From Candidatus Aenigmatarchaeota archaeon (GTDB taxonomy: Archaea > Aenigmatarchaeota > Aenigmatarchaeia > CG10238-14 > SpSt-28), in assembly GCA_032249395.1 (NCBI GenBank), contig JAVVFY010000002.1, positions 4,239-68,238 of the forward strand: a stretch of DNA of 64,000 nucleotides, given 5' to 3'. Positions 9,470-18,729 of this stretch are shown here, one piece after another. Position numbers and translations under genes: made by a program. Each line of letters opens with the position of its first letter. Position 1 is the stretch's first letter. The notes under the pieces are model-generated. The model was not told where the DNA came from and searched no databases. It was given only the letters and a program-made list of their open reading frames with translations.

Positions 9470-9667
9470 ATTCACACTCTCAATAATTTCGATTCAATAA
9501 GAGATAAAATGAAAAAGAAAAAATATTGAAAAACAGAAGAAAATAAGAAAAAATATAAAGGTTTAAAGAGTATGATTTTACCTTTTAGTCTCACTCACGA
9601 TCTATAGAATTGTAAAAAACGCGTTTCACAAACAATAACTTTTAAACACAAAAATACAAATTTGTGA

Positions 9668-10507
9668 ATGGAGGGAATCGAAAACATAGCAAAGATTCTT
9701 TGGAATTTGGGAATAACAATAACGAAAATAGAGAAAAATCGAATTTATGCAAAAGACTCTAACGGAGAGTTATTGATAAGAATTAGCAATGTCGGACCAA
9801 AAATCAAAACCTACGATAAGAGGATTATAGTTATTTCGCCGTACGCTGCAAAAAGAATTGAGGAGGAAAGAATGAAGAAAATAATAGAAGGATACTCACA
9901 ACCAGTATTCGTAAACAAGAAAAATCTCGAAGAGCTAGCCCCATCAACTCTATTCAAGATAGTAAATTATCTCAAGGAAAATCCTAATACTTACATAAAG
10001 AAGATCTCAGAAGACTTGAAAATTCACCCAGAGATAGTTAGAAGAAATTTGATAAAGATAAAAGATTACCTAGAAATAAAAGAATTTGAAAGTGGAATGA
10101 GTTTGCCAAAATTACCAAAGCTAATTTCTTTAAAAGAAGAAATACCTCCTGAAAAACTAACTGAACTCTCTAAAAATAAAATATCAATTTTACCAACTAG
10201 AAATAAAAGAAAAAGAAGAATTAGATACGAAAAAACAAGTAAATCTGAGGCCTTGTTTAAAGTACTGAAGTTTATAGAGGAAAACCCGGGAACTTACCTA
10301 AGAGAAATCTCACGAGAATTGAAAATATCTCCTTCTTTAGTTTACTCTTGTTTAAAAGAGGTAAACGAATTTCTAGAGCTCTCATCTCCCATAGGAAAAG
10401 AAGATATCGAACTACCAAATTTGCCGATTTCCATAAAGCTAAAACAAGGTTATACAGCTGAGGGAATTATAAGATACTTAAGATTCAGAAGAATGCTAAA
10501 GTTTTGA
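9668..10507 (+). CDS. Tandem winged-helix DNA-binding protein
   Basis: Two similar modules: LFKIVNYLKENPNTYIKKISEDLKIHP..LPKLP and LFKVLKFIEENPGTYLREISRELKISP..LPNLP. Confidence 0.75.
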   Translation: MEGIENIAKILWNLGITITKIEKNRIYAKDSNGELLIRISNVGPKIKTYDKRIIVISPYAAKRIEEERMKKIIEGYSQPVFVNKKNLEELAPSTLFKIVNYLKENPNTYIKKISEDLKIHPEIVRRNLIKIKDYLEIKEFESGMSLPKLPKLISLKEEIPPEKLTELSKNKISILPTRNKRKRRIRYEKTSKSEALFKVLKFIEENPGTYLREISRELKISPSLVYSCLKEVNEFLELSSPIGKEDIELPNLPISIKLKQGYTAEGIIRYLRFRRMLKF

Positions 10508-11350
10508 ATTTTTTGTTTTTCCAGTAAGTCTACAAAAAGCACAAATTTCAGTATTAGTTGGTTCTCCACATATTTTACAAAACTTGAGTTGATCTTCATT
10601 TTCGAAATAGGCACTCATTTTTATTACAGAGTTCAAAAGTCTTTCCTTAAAGCCTGGAACTTCTGACTCAAGTTTATCTATAATATCATACCACTTGCTT
10701 GTTTTTTCATACAACTTTATCTTTTCCTTAAAGTATATGCAAAGACTTTCTTGAACGTACGGTACTCCAAGATTTTTTACAAATTCCTCATTTTCTTTTC
10801 TGCCAACAAAGAAAAGCGGTCTTATTTTTGTTAACAATTTTGGATTGTTGCTTTCCACTTTGGGCCTAAACTTACCTATCCAAGAATAGTTCATTCCAAG
10901 AATATTTTTGATGAAAAACACAAGAATATCATCTCCATGATGCCCAGTTGCTATCTTAGTTGCTCCAAGTTCTCTGGGAATTTTATTCATCAGATATCTT
11001 TTTATAACCCCACAATCGCTACAAACTGGTCTCCTATTCTTTTTTGCTATTTCGCGAAGATTGATACCTTCTTTCTTCAAATCGAATACAATAAGTTTTA
11101 CTCCAGCTAATTCGCATTGTTTTTCAACAATCTCCTGAATTTTTTCTGAACCAATAGTTCCAAGGTTTATGTGAAATCCTATTATTTCAAAATCCGAATT
11201 TCTCTCCTCCTTAAATTTTTTTAACACAAACAAAACCGCCGCACTATCCTTACCTCCGCTCAAGGCTACAAAAATCTTATCGCCTCTCTCAACAAGCCTG
11301 TACTTTTCAATCGTTCTAAAAATTTTATTTAAGTATTCGCTCTGATTCAT
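10496..11350 (-). CDS. TtuA/TtcA-family tRNA thiolation protein
   Basis: PP-loop SGGKDS, CSDC, TGHHGDD, IRPL, C-terminal CKICG..CAFC. Confidence 0.9.
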   Translation of the reverse strand: MNQSEYLNKIFRTIEKYRLVERGDKIFVALSGGKDSAAVLFVLKKFKEERNSDFEIIGFHINLGTIGSEKIQEIVEKQCELAGVKLIVFDLKKEGINLREIAKKNRRPVCSDCGVIKRYLMNKIPRELGATKIATGHHGDDILVFFIKNILGMNYSWIGKFRPKVESNNPKLLTKIRPLFFVGRKENEEFVKNLGVPYVQESLCIYFKEKIKLYEKTSKWYDIIDKLESEVPGFKERLLNSVIKMSAYFENEDQLKFCKICGEPTNTEICAFCRLTGKTKNSKL

Positions 11351-11384
11351 AAAAGAAATAGTAAATAAGTAAAATAATTAGTTA

Positions 11385-11581
11385 ATGAAAGCTTTGATTG
11401 CAAACTTGGGCTTAATATTTCAAATTGCTGGTTTGCTCATGCTTCTTCCAATTATAACAGCCTATTATTATAGTGAGGCTGAACCAATGGTAGCTTTTCT
11501 GATTACTTCTATATCATTCTTTTCAAAGGCTTTATGATGAATACATTATCAGAAAGAAAAGAGTTAGATTATAAAACTTGA
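11385..11581 (+). pseudogene. Truncated, frameshifted TrkH-like potassium transporter N-terminus
   Basis: MKALIANLGLIFQIAGLLMLLPIITAYYYSE..AFLITS, then a frameshift to MNTLSERKELDYK; rest of gene absent. Confidence 0.6.
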
Positions 11582-11585
11582 AGAA

Positions 11586-12224
11586 ATGGAAAAATATTTT
11601 GGGGAATTTAAAAATTTTCTAGGAAGAAGAATTCTTGATGTAGCCTGTGGTGTTGGATTATTTTCATTTTGGTTAGAGCAAAAAGGTTATGAAGTGGTCG
11701 GAGTTGATATAAACAAAAAAATGATAGAACTGGTGCTAAAAACAAAAAAGAAATATAAATTTAAATCTCAGTTTTTGTTAAGCGATGCGACAAATGTAAA
11801 ACTAGAAGGAGAATTTGATAGTGCAGTCATTTTTGGAAATACTCTTTTCGTTCTTTCACCAAAAACTTTTGTCAACATAATCAAAAACGTTAAGAAGCAT
11901 TTTAAGGAAAATGGCTATGTAATTATAAACTATAGAAGTTTGTTGGAGAAATTGGTAAATAAAGAATGGAAAGATGTATACTTTGATTCAGAGAGAATAG
12001 CTAGCTTTAATTTAAAGTATGATGACTCCAATGCTGGAATAACTAAGCTATATGTAGATCTGAATGGGGAGAAACTACCAATCAAAGAAACATTTTATGT
12101 ATGGTCAAGTGGATTTTTAGAGGCAATAATGGAAGCTTTAGGTTTTGTTTTAGTAAAAAGAATTAAAACTGAAGTTAGCATGTGCGAAGTTATGGATATT
12201 TATCAACTAAAATCAAAAGAGTGA
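11586..12224 (+). CDS. Class I SAM-dependent methyltransferase
   Basis: ILDVACGVG, VVGVDIN, SDA, FD motifs. Confidence 0.88.
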   Translation: MEKYFGEFKNFLGRRILDVACGVGLFSFWLEQKGYEVVGVDINKKMIELVLKTKKKYKFKSQFLLSDATNVKLEGEFDSAVIFGNTLFVLSPKTFVNIIKNVKKHFKENGYVIINYRSLLEKLVNKEWKDVYFDSERIASFNLKYDDSNAGITKLYVDLNGEKLPIKETFYVWSSGFLEAIMEALGFVLVKRIKTEVSMCEVMDIYQLKSKE

Positions 12225-12402
12225 AATTACAGAATTCTAGCAATAACAGAAGTTGATATATAAGTTTTGCTATAAGATTATTCTAATTTGATTTCAACTT
12301 TCTTCATAAGCTAAAGATAAATCGCATACAGTCCCAAGTACTCTCCCCAGAAAGGATTTTTATATGGCACTTACAATTTAACATTAGTAAATATAAATTA
12401 AG

Positions 12403-14424
12403 GTGGTAATAATGAAAGATAGAGATAAATTAAATGAATGTAATTTGATTACAAAAGCAAGAGACATAAGAAGATTAAGCGAAGAGGAATTTTTGTCTTT
12501 AACTAATCAAATAAAAGAACTAACAAAGAATTTTACTGAATTTAAGCAACTAATCAAAGAGAATAGTCAGATTTTGTTGATAATTAGATGTCTCACCGGA
12601 ATGAAAAGAAAAGATTTTGCTAGTGCTATAGGAATTAACGAAGAAATTTTAAGACAAATAGAAGTTGGTAGAAGGAAAATTAAAAATGAGAGTAAAATCG
12701 ATAAGATAAGCAAGAATTTGGAAGAAATTTTCTCTAAAATTTCTGAAATAAGCGTTGAAAATGCATTAGAGCTTTTCAAAGAAGTAGCAATCCCAACCGA
12801 TAATGAAAAAGTAGAGAAGATTAGAAGCGAGTTGGAAGAAATAAGCCTGCCCGAAGACCTTAGAAAAATGGATGAAGAACAATTTTTGAAAGTTTTTGAA
12901 TGGTTGAAAGAAAAAACAAATAACTTTAAGATTTTCCCAGAAGAGGTCTTTTTAGCAAAAAATCAGCTTATCCTAATTTTGAGGTGCGCTTTGGGAATGA
13001 CTAGACCTAGTTTTGCAAGAAAAGTTGGAATATTTCAAGAAACGTTAAGACATGTAGAAGCTGGGAGAAAAGGTCTACAGTTTTCACAAAAAACAGTCGA
13101 AGATTGGTGTAGAAAAATAAATGAATTTTTAAAAACCCAAGAAATCTCTCCGAATATCGAAAAATCGTTATCTATTTGGAAAGAAATAAGCATTCACCAA
13201 ACAGAAGAAAACATAACAGAAATAGAAAAAATAAAAAGCGAGATGAATAAGCTTGGATTGATTGACTGGGATAAAAAAGATTCAAAAATTTTACCTGAAT
13301 TTTTCAATTTCTTTAGAGAAAAAACAAATAACTTTACTATATTCCCAATTTCTCTTTTTCTAGCGGATAGTAGTCTATCGATATTTTTCATTAGATGTTG
13401 CAACGGAATGACGCAAAAGGAATTGGCAGAAAAAATTGGATGTACAAAAGATCTTATTAGACATCTAGAGAACAAACACGGAAGAATTGTGCATGCAGGA
13501 CCAGCACTAAGATGGATAAATAAATTACAAGCATTGCTGCCAAAAAACATAAATTTCGAAAAATTCGAACAAAATTGGAAGAAAATAATTTTTTCGAAGA
13601 TTGAAAATATAGAGAAAAAAGAATCTTTCAAAAGTTTATCTACAGAAGCAATTATTAGCAAAATAGAAGAATTGAAATCAAGAACAAACAATTTTAATGA
13701 GATAAGGGAAGTTTTAGAGAATGATGCTAGGAATATTTTCTTATTTAGAGTAATATGCAGAAAAAGAACAAAAGAACTGGCAAGAATATTAAAAATTGAA
13801 CCAAGCGAATTAAGGAGCTGGGAAGATGGGAAAAGAAGAATAAGTCCAGAAACGTTAGAAAAAATCGCTCCAATTCTGAAAGAAATGCTTAGAGATATTA
13901 AGATAGAGAAGGAGACAATATTAAGGAATTTAAAAGATATAAAAAAAGGTAAGATTTGTTTTAATAAAGATATACAAGTAAAAAATGGTATCAAGTTAGT
14001 TGAAAAACTTCCACCGACCGAATTAGAAAATAAAGTAATAAAAGTTCTGTCATCCAATAATATTCCATTCGAACTTCACGCTACAATAGATTTCAATGGT
14101 AAGTTCTTTAACGTAGATTTTGCTATTCCAAATTCACAGAAACCAAAAATAATAATTGAAGTTTTTGAGTCAAAAAGTAGTAATAGAAATTTAAAGACTA
14201 AATTAATAGTTACTGACCATAGATTTGTGGTTTTAAAAAGCAATAAACCGGATTTGAAAACTGCTATGATAGGTGAAACTAAATCTTTACTAACGGAAGA
14301 GTGGAGAGAACATATGCTTAAAGAAATTATAGCAACTGATTTTATAGTTTTAGGAGATAATGAGGATGTAGAATCCTCAATAAAAGATACTTTACTTAGT
14401 TTCATAAAAACCAACTTACAATGA
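12403..14424 (+). CDS. Protein with four XRE-type HTH repeats and a C-terminal PD-(D/E)xK/DUF559-like nuclease domain
   Basis: Four repeats of T.NF...I/LRC..GM....A..IG.....LR..E.G; C-terminus PTELENKV...VDFAIP...IIIEV. Confidence 0.7.
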   Translation: MVIMKDRDKLNECNLITKARDIRRLSEEEFLSLTNQIKELTKNFTEFKQLIKENSQILLIIRCLTGMKRKDFASAIGINEEILRQIEVGRRKIKNESKIDKISKNLEEIFSKISEISVENALELFKEVAIPTDNEKVEKIRSELEEISLPEDLRKMDEEQFLKVFEWLKEKTNNFKIFPEEVFLAKNQLILILRCALGMTRPSFARKVGIFQETLRHVEAGRKGLQFSQKTVEDWCRKINEFLKTQEISPNIEKSLSIWKEISIHQTEENITEIEKIKSEMNKLGLIDWDKKDSKILPEFFNFFREKTNNFTIFPISLFLADSSLSIFFIRCCNGMTQKELAEKIGCTKDLIRHLENKHGRIVHAGPALRWINKLQALLPKNINFEKFEQNWKKIIFSKIENIEKKESFKSLSTEAIISKIEELKSRTNNFNEIREVLENDARNIFLFRVICRKRTKELARILKIEPSELRSWEDGKRRISPETLEKIAPILKEMLRDIKIEKETILRNLKDIKKGKICFNKDIQVKNGIKLVEKLPPTELENKVIKVLSSNNIPFELHATIDFNGKFFNVDFAIPNSQKPKIIIEVFESKSSNRNLKTKLIVTDHRFVVLKSNKPDLKTAMIGETKSLLTEEWREHMLKEIIATDFIVLGDNEDVESSIKDTLLSFIKTNLQ

Positions 14425-14446
14425 AAGATTGGATGTATTGAAGATT

Positions 14447-14842
14447 TTACACTCGACGACCCCTACGCCCGCCTTTCCTACGCATATATCCATGAACTAT
14501 TGGTGTAACATCTTCAATTAAACCTATTTTTAATCCAGCTTTTGCAAGAGCTCTTATAGCAGCTTGTGCTCCAGGTCCAGGAATTTTTGTCTTTATGCCT
14601 CCTGGAGCTCTAACTCTTATGTGCACCCCAGTAATTCCTTTAGCTAAAGCTTCTTCAGCGGCTTTCTTAGCAGCTAGCATAGCAGGGAAAGGCATCCCTC
14701 CCTCTCTATCCTTATCTGTCATCATTCCGCTAGAATACCTTGCTATTGTTTCAGCTCCACTCAAGTCTGTAATGTGAACTATTGTAGAATTAGGACTACT
14801 AAAAATGTGAGCTACCCCCCATCTCTCTTTCTTTTCACTCAT
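14447..14842 (-). CDS. rps11: 30S ribosomal protein S11
   Basis: [37 protein letters not shown]. Confidence 0.97.
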   Translation of the reverse strand: MSEKKERWGVAHIFSSPNSTIVHITDLSGAETIARYSSGMMTDKDREGGMPFPAMLAAKKAAEEALAKGITGVHIRVRAPGGIKTKIPGPGAQAAIRALAKAGLKIGLIEDVTPIVHGYMRRKGGRRGRRV

Positions 14843-15385
14843 CTAACCACCCTCTTTAACCTCAACGCTAACTTCAGCTTTGGGCTGTTGTGTTGGTTGT
14901 TCTTGTACTGTTGCTTTTGATGTATTTGGTTTTATGTCGCATGTTATTTTATCTTCTTCATCTCTACTAACCAAATAGCTTGGATATACAATCCTTCTTC
15001 CGTTAATTCTTACATGCCCATGGACGATAAACTGTCTTGCCTGCTTTATTGTATTTGCCAAACCCTTTTTATAAACAATAGTTTGTAATCTTCTATTCAA
15101 CAAGTCTTTAACAGTTAGGCTCAAAACATCATCTAGAGTGGCGCTTGGAGACGGTAATAAACCAAGCCTATACAACTTTTGAATCAAAACTTTCTCTTTT
15201 TCCTTATCTCTTCTTGCGTTTAACTCTCTAGCCATCCTTCTATACTTTCTTAACTCTTCCTTAGCTCTCCATAGTTCCTTTTTCCTTCTCAATCCAAATT
15301 CTATCATTATTCTTCTCTCTTCTTCCAATAGCTTCTTATCCCAAAGTTTCCTCGGCTTTTTATACTTTTTTCTAAATCTCTTCAT
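14843..15385 (-). CDS. rps4: 30S ribosomal protein S4
   Basis: GLRRKKELW, RRLQTIVYKKGLA, ARQFIVHGH. Confidence 0.97.
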   Translation of the reverse strand: MKRFRKKYKKPRKLWDKKLLEEERRIMIEFGLRRKKELWRAKEELRKYRRMARELNARRDKEKEKVLIQKLYRLGLLPSPSATLDDVLSLTVKDLLNRRLQTIVYKKGLANTIKQARQFIVHGHVRINGRRIVYPSYLVSRDEEDKITCDIKPNTSKATVQEQPTQQPKAEVSVEVKEGG

Positions 15386-15391
15386 CGCTCA

Positions 15392-15994
15392 TCACTTCTT
15401 TTCTTCTTTCTTTTCTTTGGATTGCTGTTGAGCCAATTGTTTCATCTTTCCCCTCAAAACACCAACAGTCCTTCCATGTCTAAAATGACTTCTAGTCCTT
15501 TGACCCCTCACAGGCTGGCCATACATATGTCTAAAACCTTTGTAAGTTTTAAGCTCAATTTCTCTTTTTATATCCATACTTCTGAAAATATCAACATCAG
15601 GTCCGACCAAATGCATATCTAGCCCTGTTTCTGGATCTTTTCTTCTGTTAAATAAAAATGAAGGAATGTTATATTTTGCTGGATTTTTCAAACAATCTTC
15701 AATTTTTTCTATCTCCTCCGGGGTTAAAGTTCCTAACTTTCTATAAGCATCCAAACCAAGAGCAGCTATCACAGCCTTAGAAAAAGTGTAACTTACGCCT
15801 TTAATTCCGGTTAACCCGTAAAGAATATTTTTGTTAGCATCTAAGTCTGTATTTAAAATTCTAATTATTCCCTCTATTCTTTTTTCGGCTTTCTTTGGTT
15901 TTTTAATTTCTTCTTTGGGTTTTTCTTTTTTCTTTTTTTCCTCTTCAGCTTTTTCTTTTTCTTTTTCTATGTCTTTAACTCTAGATACTCCCAT
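15392..15994 (-). CDS. rps13: 30S ribosomal protein S13 with charged N-terminal extension
   Basis: LTGIKGV, NRRKDPETG, YKGFRH..PVRGQRTRS. Confidence 0.96.
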   Translation of the reverse strand: MGVSRVKDIEKEKEKAEEEKKKKEKPKEEIKKPKKAEKRIEGIIRILNTDLDANKNILYGLTGIKGVSYTFSKAVIAALGLDAYRKLGTLTPEEIEKIEDCLKNPAKYNIPSFLFNRRKDPETGLDMHLVGPDVDIFRSMDIKREIELKTYKGFRHMYGQPVRGQRTRSHFRHGRTVGVLRGKMKQLAQQQSKEKKEEKK

Positions 15995-16031
15995 ACTGTT
16001 GGAATTATCACTTAAGTTTAAAAATATTCGC

Positions 16032-16640
16032 TCATCTTTTTTTCTTAATGAAATTAATAATAGTTGTTTTACTTAGCCTATCAGCAATCTTTAAAGCTTT
16101 AGGATAATTGAAGTTTACCATTTTAAGAAAAACCTCCAAGCTTTCCATATCTATGTTAGAACCTATGCTTGCATAATATCTACCAAATTTTATACCAACT
16201 TTTTGCTGATCAACAAAAATGTAACTATCTTTTATTTCTCCGTAAAGAAAACTTTTTGCTATTCCAATTGTTGGTTTTCCAGTTAATATTCCTATTATAG
16301 TTGCTAAGCCCGCTTTTCTAGGATGAGCTAATCCATGGCCATCAACGAGGATTAAATCATAATCTTTATCTATTTTTTCAACAGCTTCTAACATTATTGG
16401 CGCTTCTCTAAGAAAAAGCAAACCAGGAATGTAAGGAAATTTAACTCTCTCTTTAACTAACAGCTCCTTCAAAACTTTTTCTTGTTTTAAATCATAAAGA
16501 ACGGCTGCACAAAAAGCTAAATCATCTTTATAAGAAATATCTAAAGCCAAAACCTTTTCAATGTTTTTTACTTTTTTGAATTCAACTAGCTTGCTTAAAA
16601 CTTTCTGAAGCTTAAAATAAAACTTTGTATTAACATTCAT
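16032..16640 (-). CDS. nfi: Endonuclease V
   Basis: DISY, FPYIPGLLFLRE, VDGHGLAHPR, PTIGIAKS. Confidence 0.94.
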   Translation of the reverse strand: MNVNTKFYFKLQKVLSKLVEFKKVKNIEKVLALDISYKDDLAFCAAVLYDLKQEKVLKELLVKERVKFPYIPGLLFLREAPIMLEAVEKIDKDYDLILVDGHGLAHPRKAGLATIIGILTGKPTIGIAKSFLYGEIKDSYIFVDQQKVGIKFGRYYASIGSNIDMESLEVFLKMVNFNYPKALKIADRLSKTTIINFIKKKR

Positions 16641-16681
16641 ACTAAAAATTGTCTTTCAAAAATTAACCTAACTACAAATTC

Positions 16682-16969
16682 CTACCATCTTCGGTATAGC
16701 TCATATACTGTTATAAGAATGAGCCCTCCTGTTATTACGAATGCTATTGTTAATTTGTCTCCGTAATGATACTATAACCAATCGTCTAAATGATCTGCCA
16801 AAAATGCTTCCCACCAACTAACATTTGCAAGCTCTGGCCTTACTTTTACATTCACTGTTGCGCTTGCTTTTGCATAAAGTGAATAAACATAACCTGCAAA
16901 ACCACTAACTCCTCCTGCAGCTATATAGGATGTAATTGTTTTCACGCCTTCTTTAAATTTTCTCTTCAT
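16682..16969 (-). pseudogene. Two-TM membrane protein interrupted by one in-frame TAG
   Basis: ...DDWL*YHYGDKLTIAFVITGGLILITVYELYRRW*: frame continues into a second TM helix after the TAG at 16772-16774. Confidence 0.5.
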
Positions 16970-17007
16970 ATTAAAAGATAAATAAGGAAAAAATACTTTT
17001 TTATTCT

Positions 17008-17193
17008 CTATACTACTTTTACTGTAGCCTTGCTTGCTTTAAAACCTATTTTTGCATGCGTTCCGTCGCAATAAGGCTTGTTTTTAGATGCTCCACATCT
17101 ACAAAGAGCTGTAAGTATTTCTTTATCAACTTTTAATAGGTAAGGGTCATTTTCTACTGCCTCAATAACAACCCCTTTTCCTTTTTCTGCCAT
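17008..17193 (-). CDS. CDGSH iron-sulfur domain protein
   Basis: ALCRCGASKNKPYCDGTH; start reassigned to ATG at 17193. Confidence 0.92.
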   Translation of the reverse strand: MAEKGKGVVIEAVENDPYLLKVDKEILTALCRCGASKNKPYCDGTHAKIGFKASKATVKVV

Positions 17194-17250
17194 GATAACT
17201 ATAGGAGAATATTTTTTTGTATTTAAAAATGCTTTCTGCAATATTCATTA

Positions 17251-17266
17251 TAAACGAATTCGTTTA
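17251..17266. promoter_or_regulatory. Perfect 16-bp palindrome, candidate operator
   Basis: TAAACGAATTCGTTTA between divergent CDGSH and CDF genes. Confidence 0.45.
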
Positions 17267-17357
17267 ATTTAGTAAGTTAAAAAAATTAAATTATACCAAT
17301 AAAAATGAAAATGCAAAATTCAAACATATAAATAGTTTTTATCTGGGTTTGTATAAC

Positions 17358-18242
17358 ATGAGAATAAAGATTAAAGAAAAAGACTTAAAAATTGCAATTT
17401 ATGTAACATCTATCTTTCTCTTCGTAGAAATTTTTGGTGGATACCTTTTTGGAAGCGTTAGCCCAATAAGCGATGCTATTCATATGAGTAGGGATGTTTT
17501 TTCACTATACATTTCCTGGTTTGCGATAAATTTGGCTAAAAAATTGCCTACCAACAAAATGACTTTTGGTTATCATAGAGCCGAAGTCTTTGCGACTTTT
17601 ATTAATGGCTTAATTCTGATTGGAGTGTGCATTGTAATTCTATATAGTTCCTATTTAAGAATAGTTAATCCAAACGAAGTTAAAAGTATTGGAATGCTTT
17701 TTGTAGCATCTTTAGGATTTTTAGCAAACCTTTACGTCCTTAGAAAATTAAAGAAGTATGAAGATGACATAAATATAAAATCTGCATATCTACATGTATT
17801 AACTGATGCAATTTCTTCTATTTCCATTATAATTGGTGCTATAATAATATTTTTAACAGGATTTTATATCATAGACCCTTTACTAAGCATGGGCATAATT
17901 TTATTAGTGTTAATTAGTACGATAAAAATTGTAAAGGAATCAATAAACATACTTATGGAGGGGGTAGCAGGGAACGTCAATATAAGTAAAATTATTGAAG
18001 AGATGAAAAAAGTAGAAGGAGTTGTTAGTGTACATGATGTACATATATGGTCGCTATGTCCTAATGTCAACGTTTTAACTGCTCACATTTATACTTATAA
18101 TAAAAGCCTGTCCAACACTAAAAAGATAACTAAAATACTAAACAAAAAACTAAGAAAATTTAAAATATTCCATACAACTTTCCAATTTGAATGTGAAAAA
18201 TGCAAAAACAGTAGAAACATTGAAAGAATAGAACATCTATAA
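17358..18242 (+). CDS. Cation diffusion facilitator (CzcD/ZitB-like)
   Basis: SDAIHMSRD, TFGYHRAEV, NIKSAYLHVLTD, VHDVHIWSL, HTTFQFE. Confidence 0.93.
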   Translation: MRIKIKEKDLKIAIYVTSIFLFVEIFGGYLFGSVSPISDAIHMSRDVFSLYISWFAINLAKKLPTNKMTFGYHRAEVFATFINGLILIGVCIVILYSSYLRIVNPNEVKSIGMLFVASLGFLANLYVLRKLKKYEDDINIKSAYLHVLTDAISSISIIIGAIIIFLTGFYIIDPLLSMGIILLVLISTIKIVKESINILMEGVAGNVNISKIIEEMKKVEGVVSVHDVHIWSLCPNVNVLTAHIYTYNKSLSNTKKITKILNKKLRKFKIFHTTFQFECEKCKNSRNIERIEHL

Positions 18243-18485
18243 ATGTAAAATTGGTAGTAGTAGATTTAAAATTTAAAAATAACATGCTCCTTCAGCGTAA
18301 TAAGCGACTTAATGTTAGAATGATTATAATAATTCTAATCCTTAATCTTTATTTTCAAATAGAGTTACTTTTTAAATTAATATACAATCTTTTTGCAAAT
18401 AAAACATTAGCAATTTTAGGTTACGCAGTATTTAAATATGTATTTAATTTAAAAATTTAAAAATTGAATACTTTTTGGTGAGCTT

Positions 18486-18716
18486 ATGACGACAACGATA
18501 TTTGGACAATACATAGGATTTTGGTTTGGTACTTTAAGTGCAATATTCTTTTTACTTATTTTCTTAACTTGTAGAATTATGCCATTAAAGTTAATTAAAC
18601 TATGGGGAAGATTGTTCAACGTGGTGCATAAATGGGCATGGATTCTTGGCATTATTTCAGTTTTCTCTCATATAACTCTAATAACTTTAGCTTATGTTTT
18701 TGGAATTCGGCTATGA
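18486..18716 (+). CDS. Small membrane protein, ferric-reductase-like His pattern
   Basis: Two TM segments with VHKWAW..SH. Confidence 0.55.
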   Translation: MTTTIFGQYIGFWFGTLSAIFFLLIFLTCRIMPLKLIKLWGRLFNVVHKWAWILGIISVFSHITLITLAYVFGIRL

Positions 18717-18729
18717 AAAGCAAATAAGC

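Noticed and set aside
13194..14414. Long antisense ORFs (287 and 112 aa)
   Set aside because: Ser/Phe/Leu-rich mirror of a Lys/Glu-rich sense gene; the same applies to most overlapping ORFs in the track.
11586..14424. Restriction-modification pair (methyltransferase plus nuclease)
   Set aside because: The methyltransferase lacks DPPY/NPPY or PC motifs and looks like a small-molecule class I enzyme.
18251..18460. 69-aa ORF
   Set aside because: TTG start in extremely AT-rich sequence with no recognisable motif.
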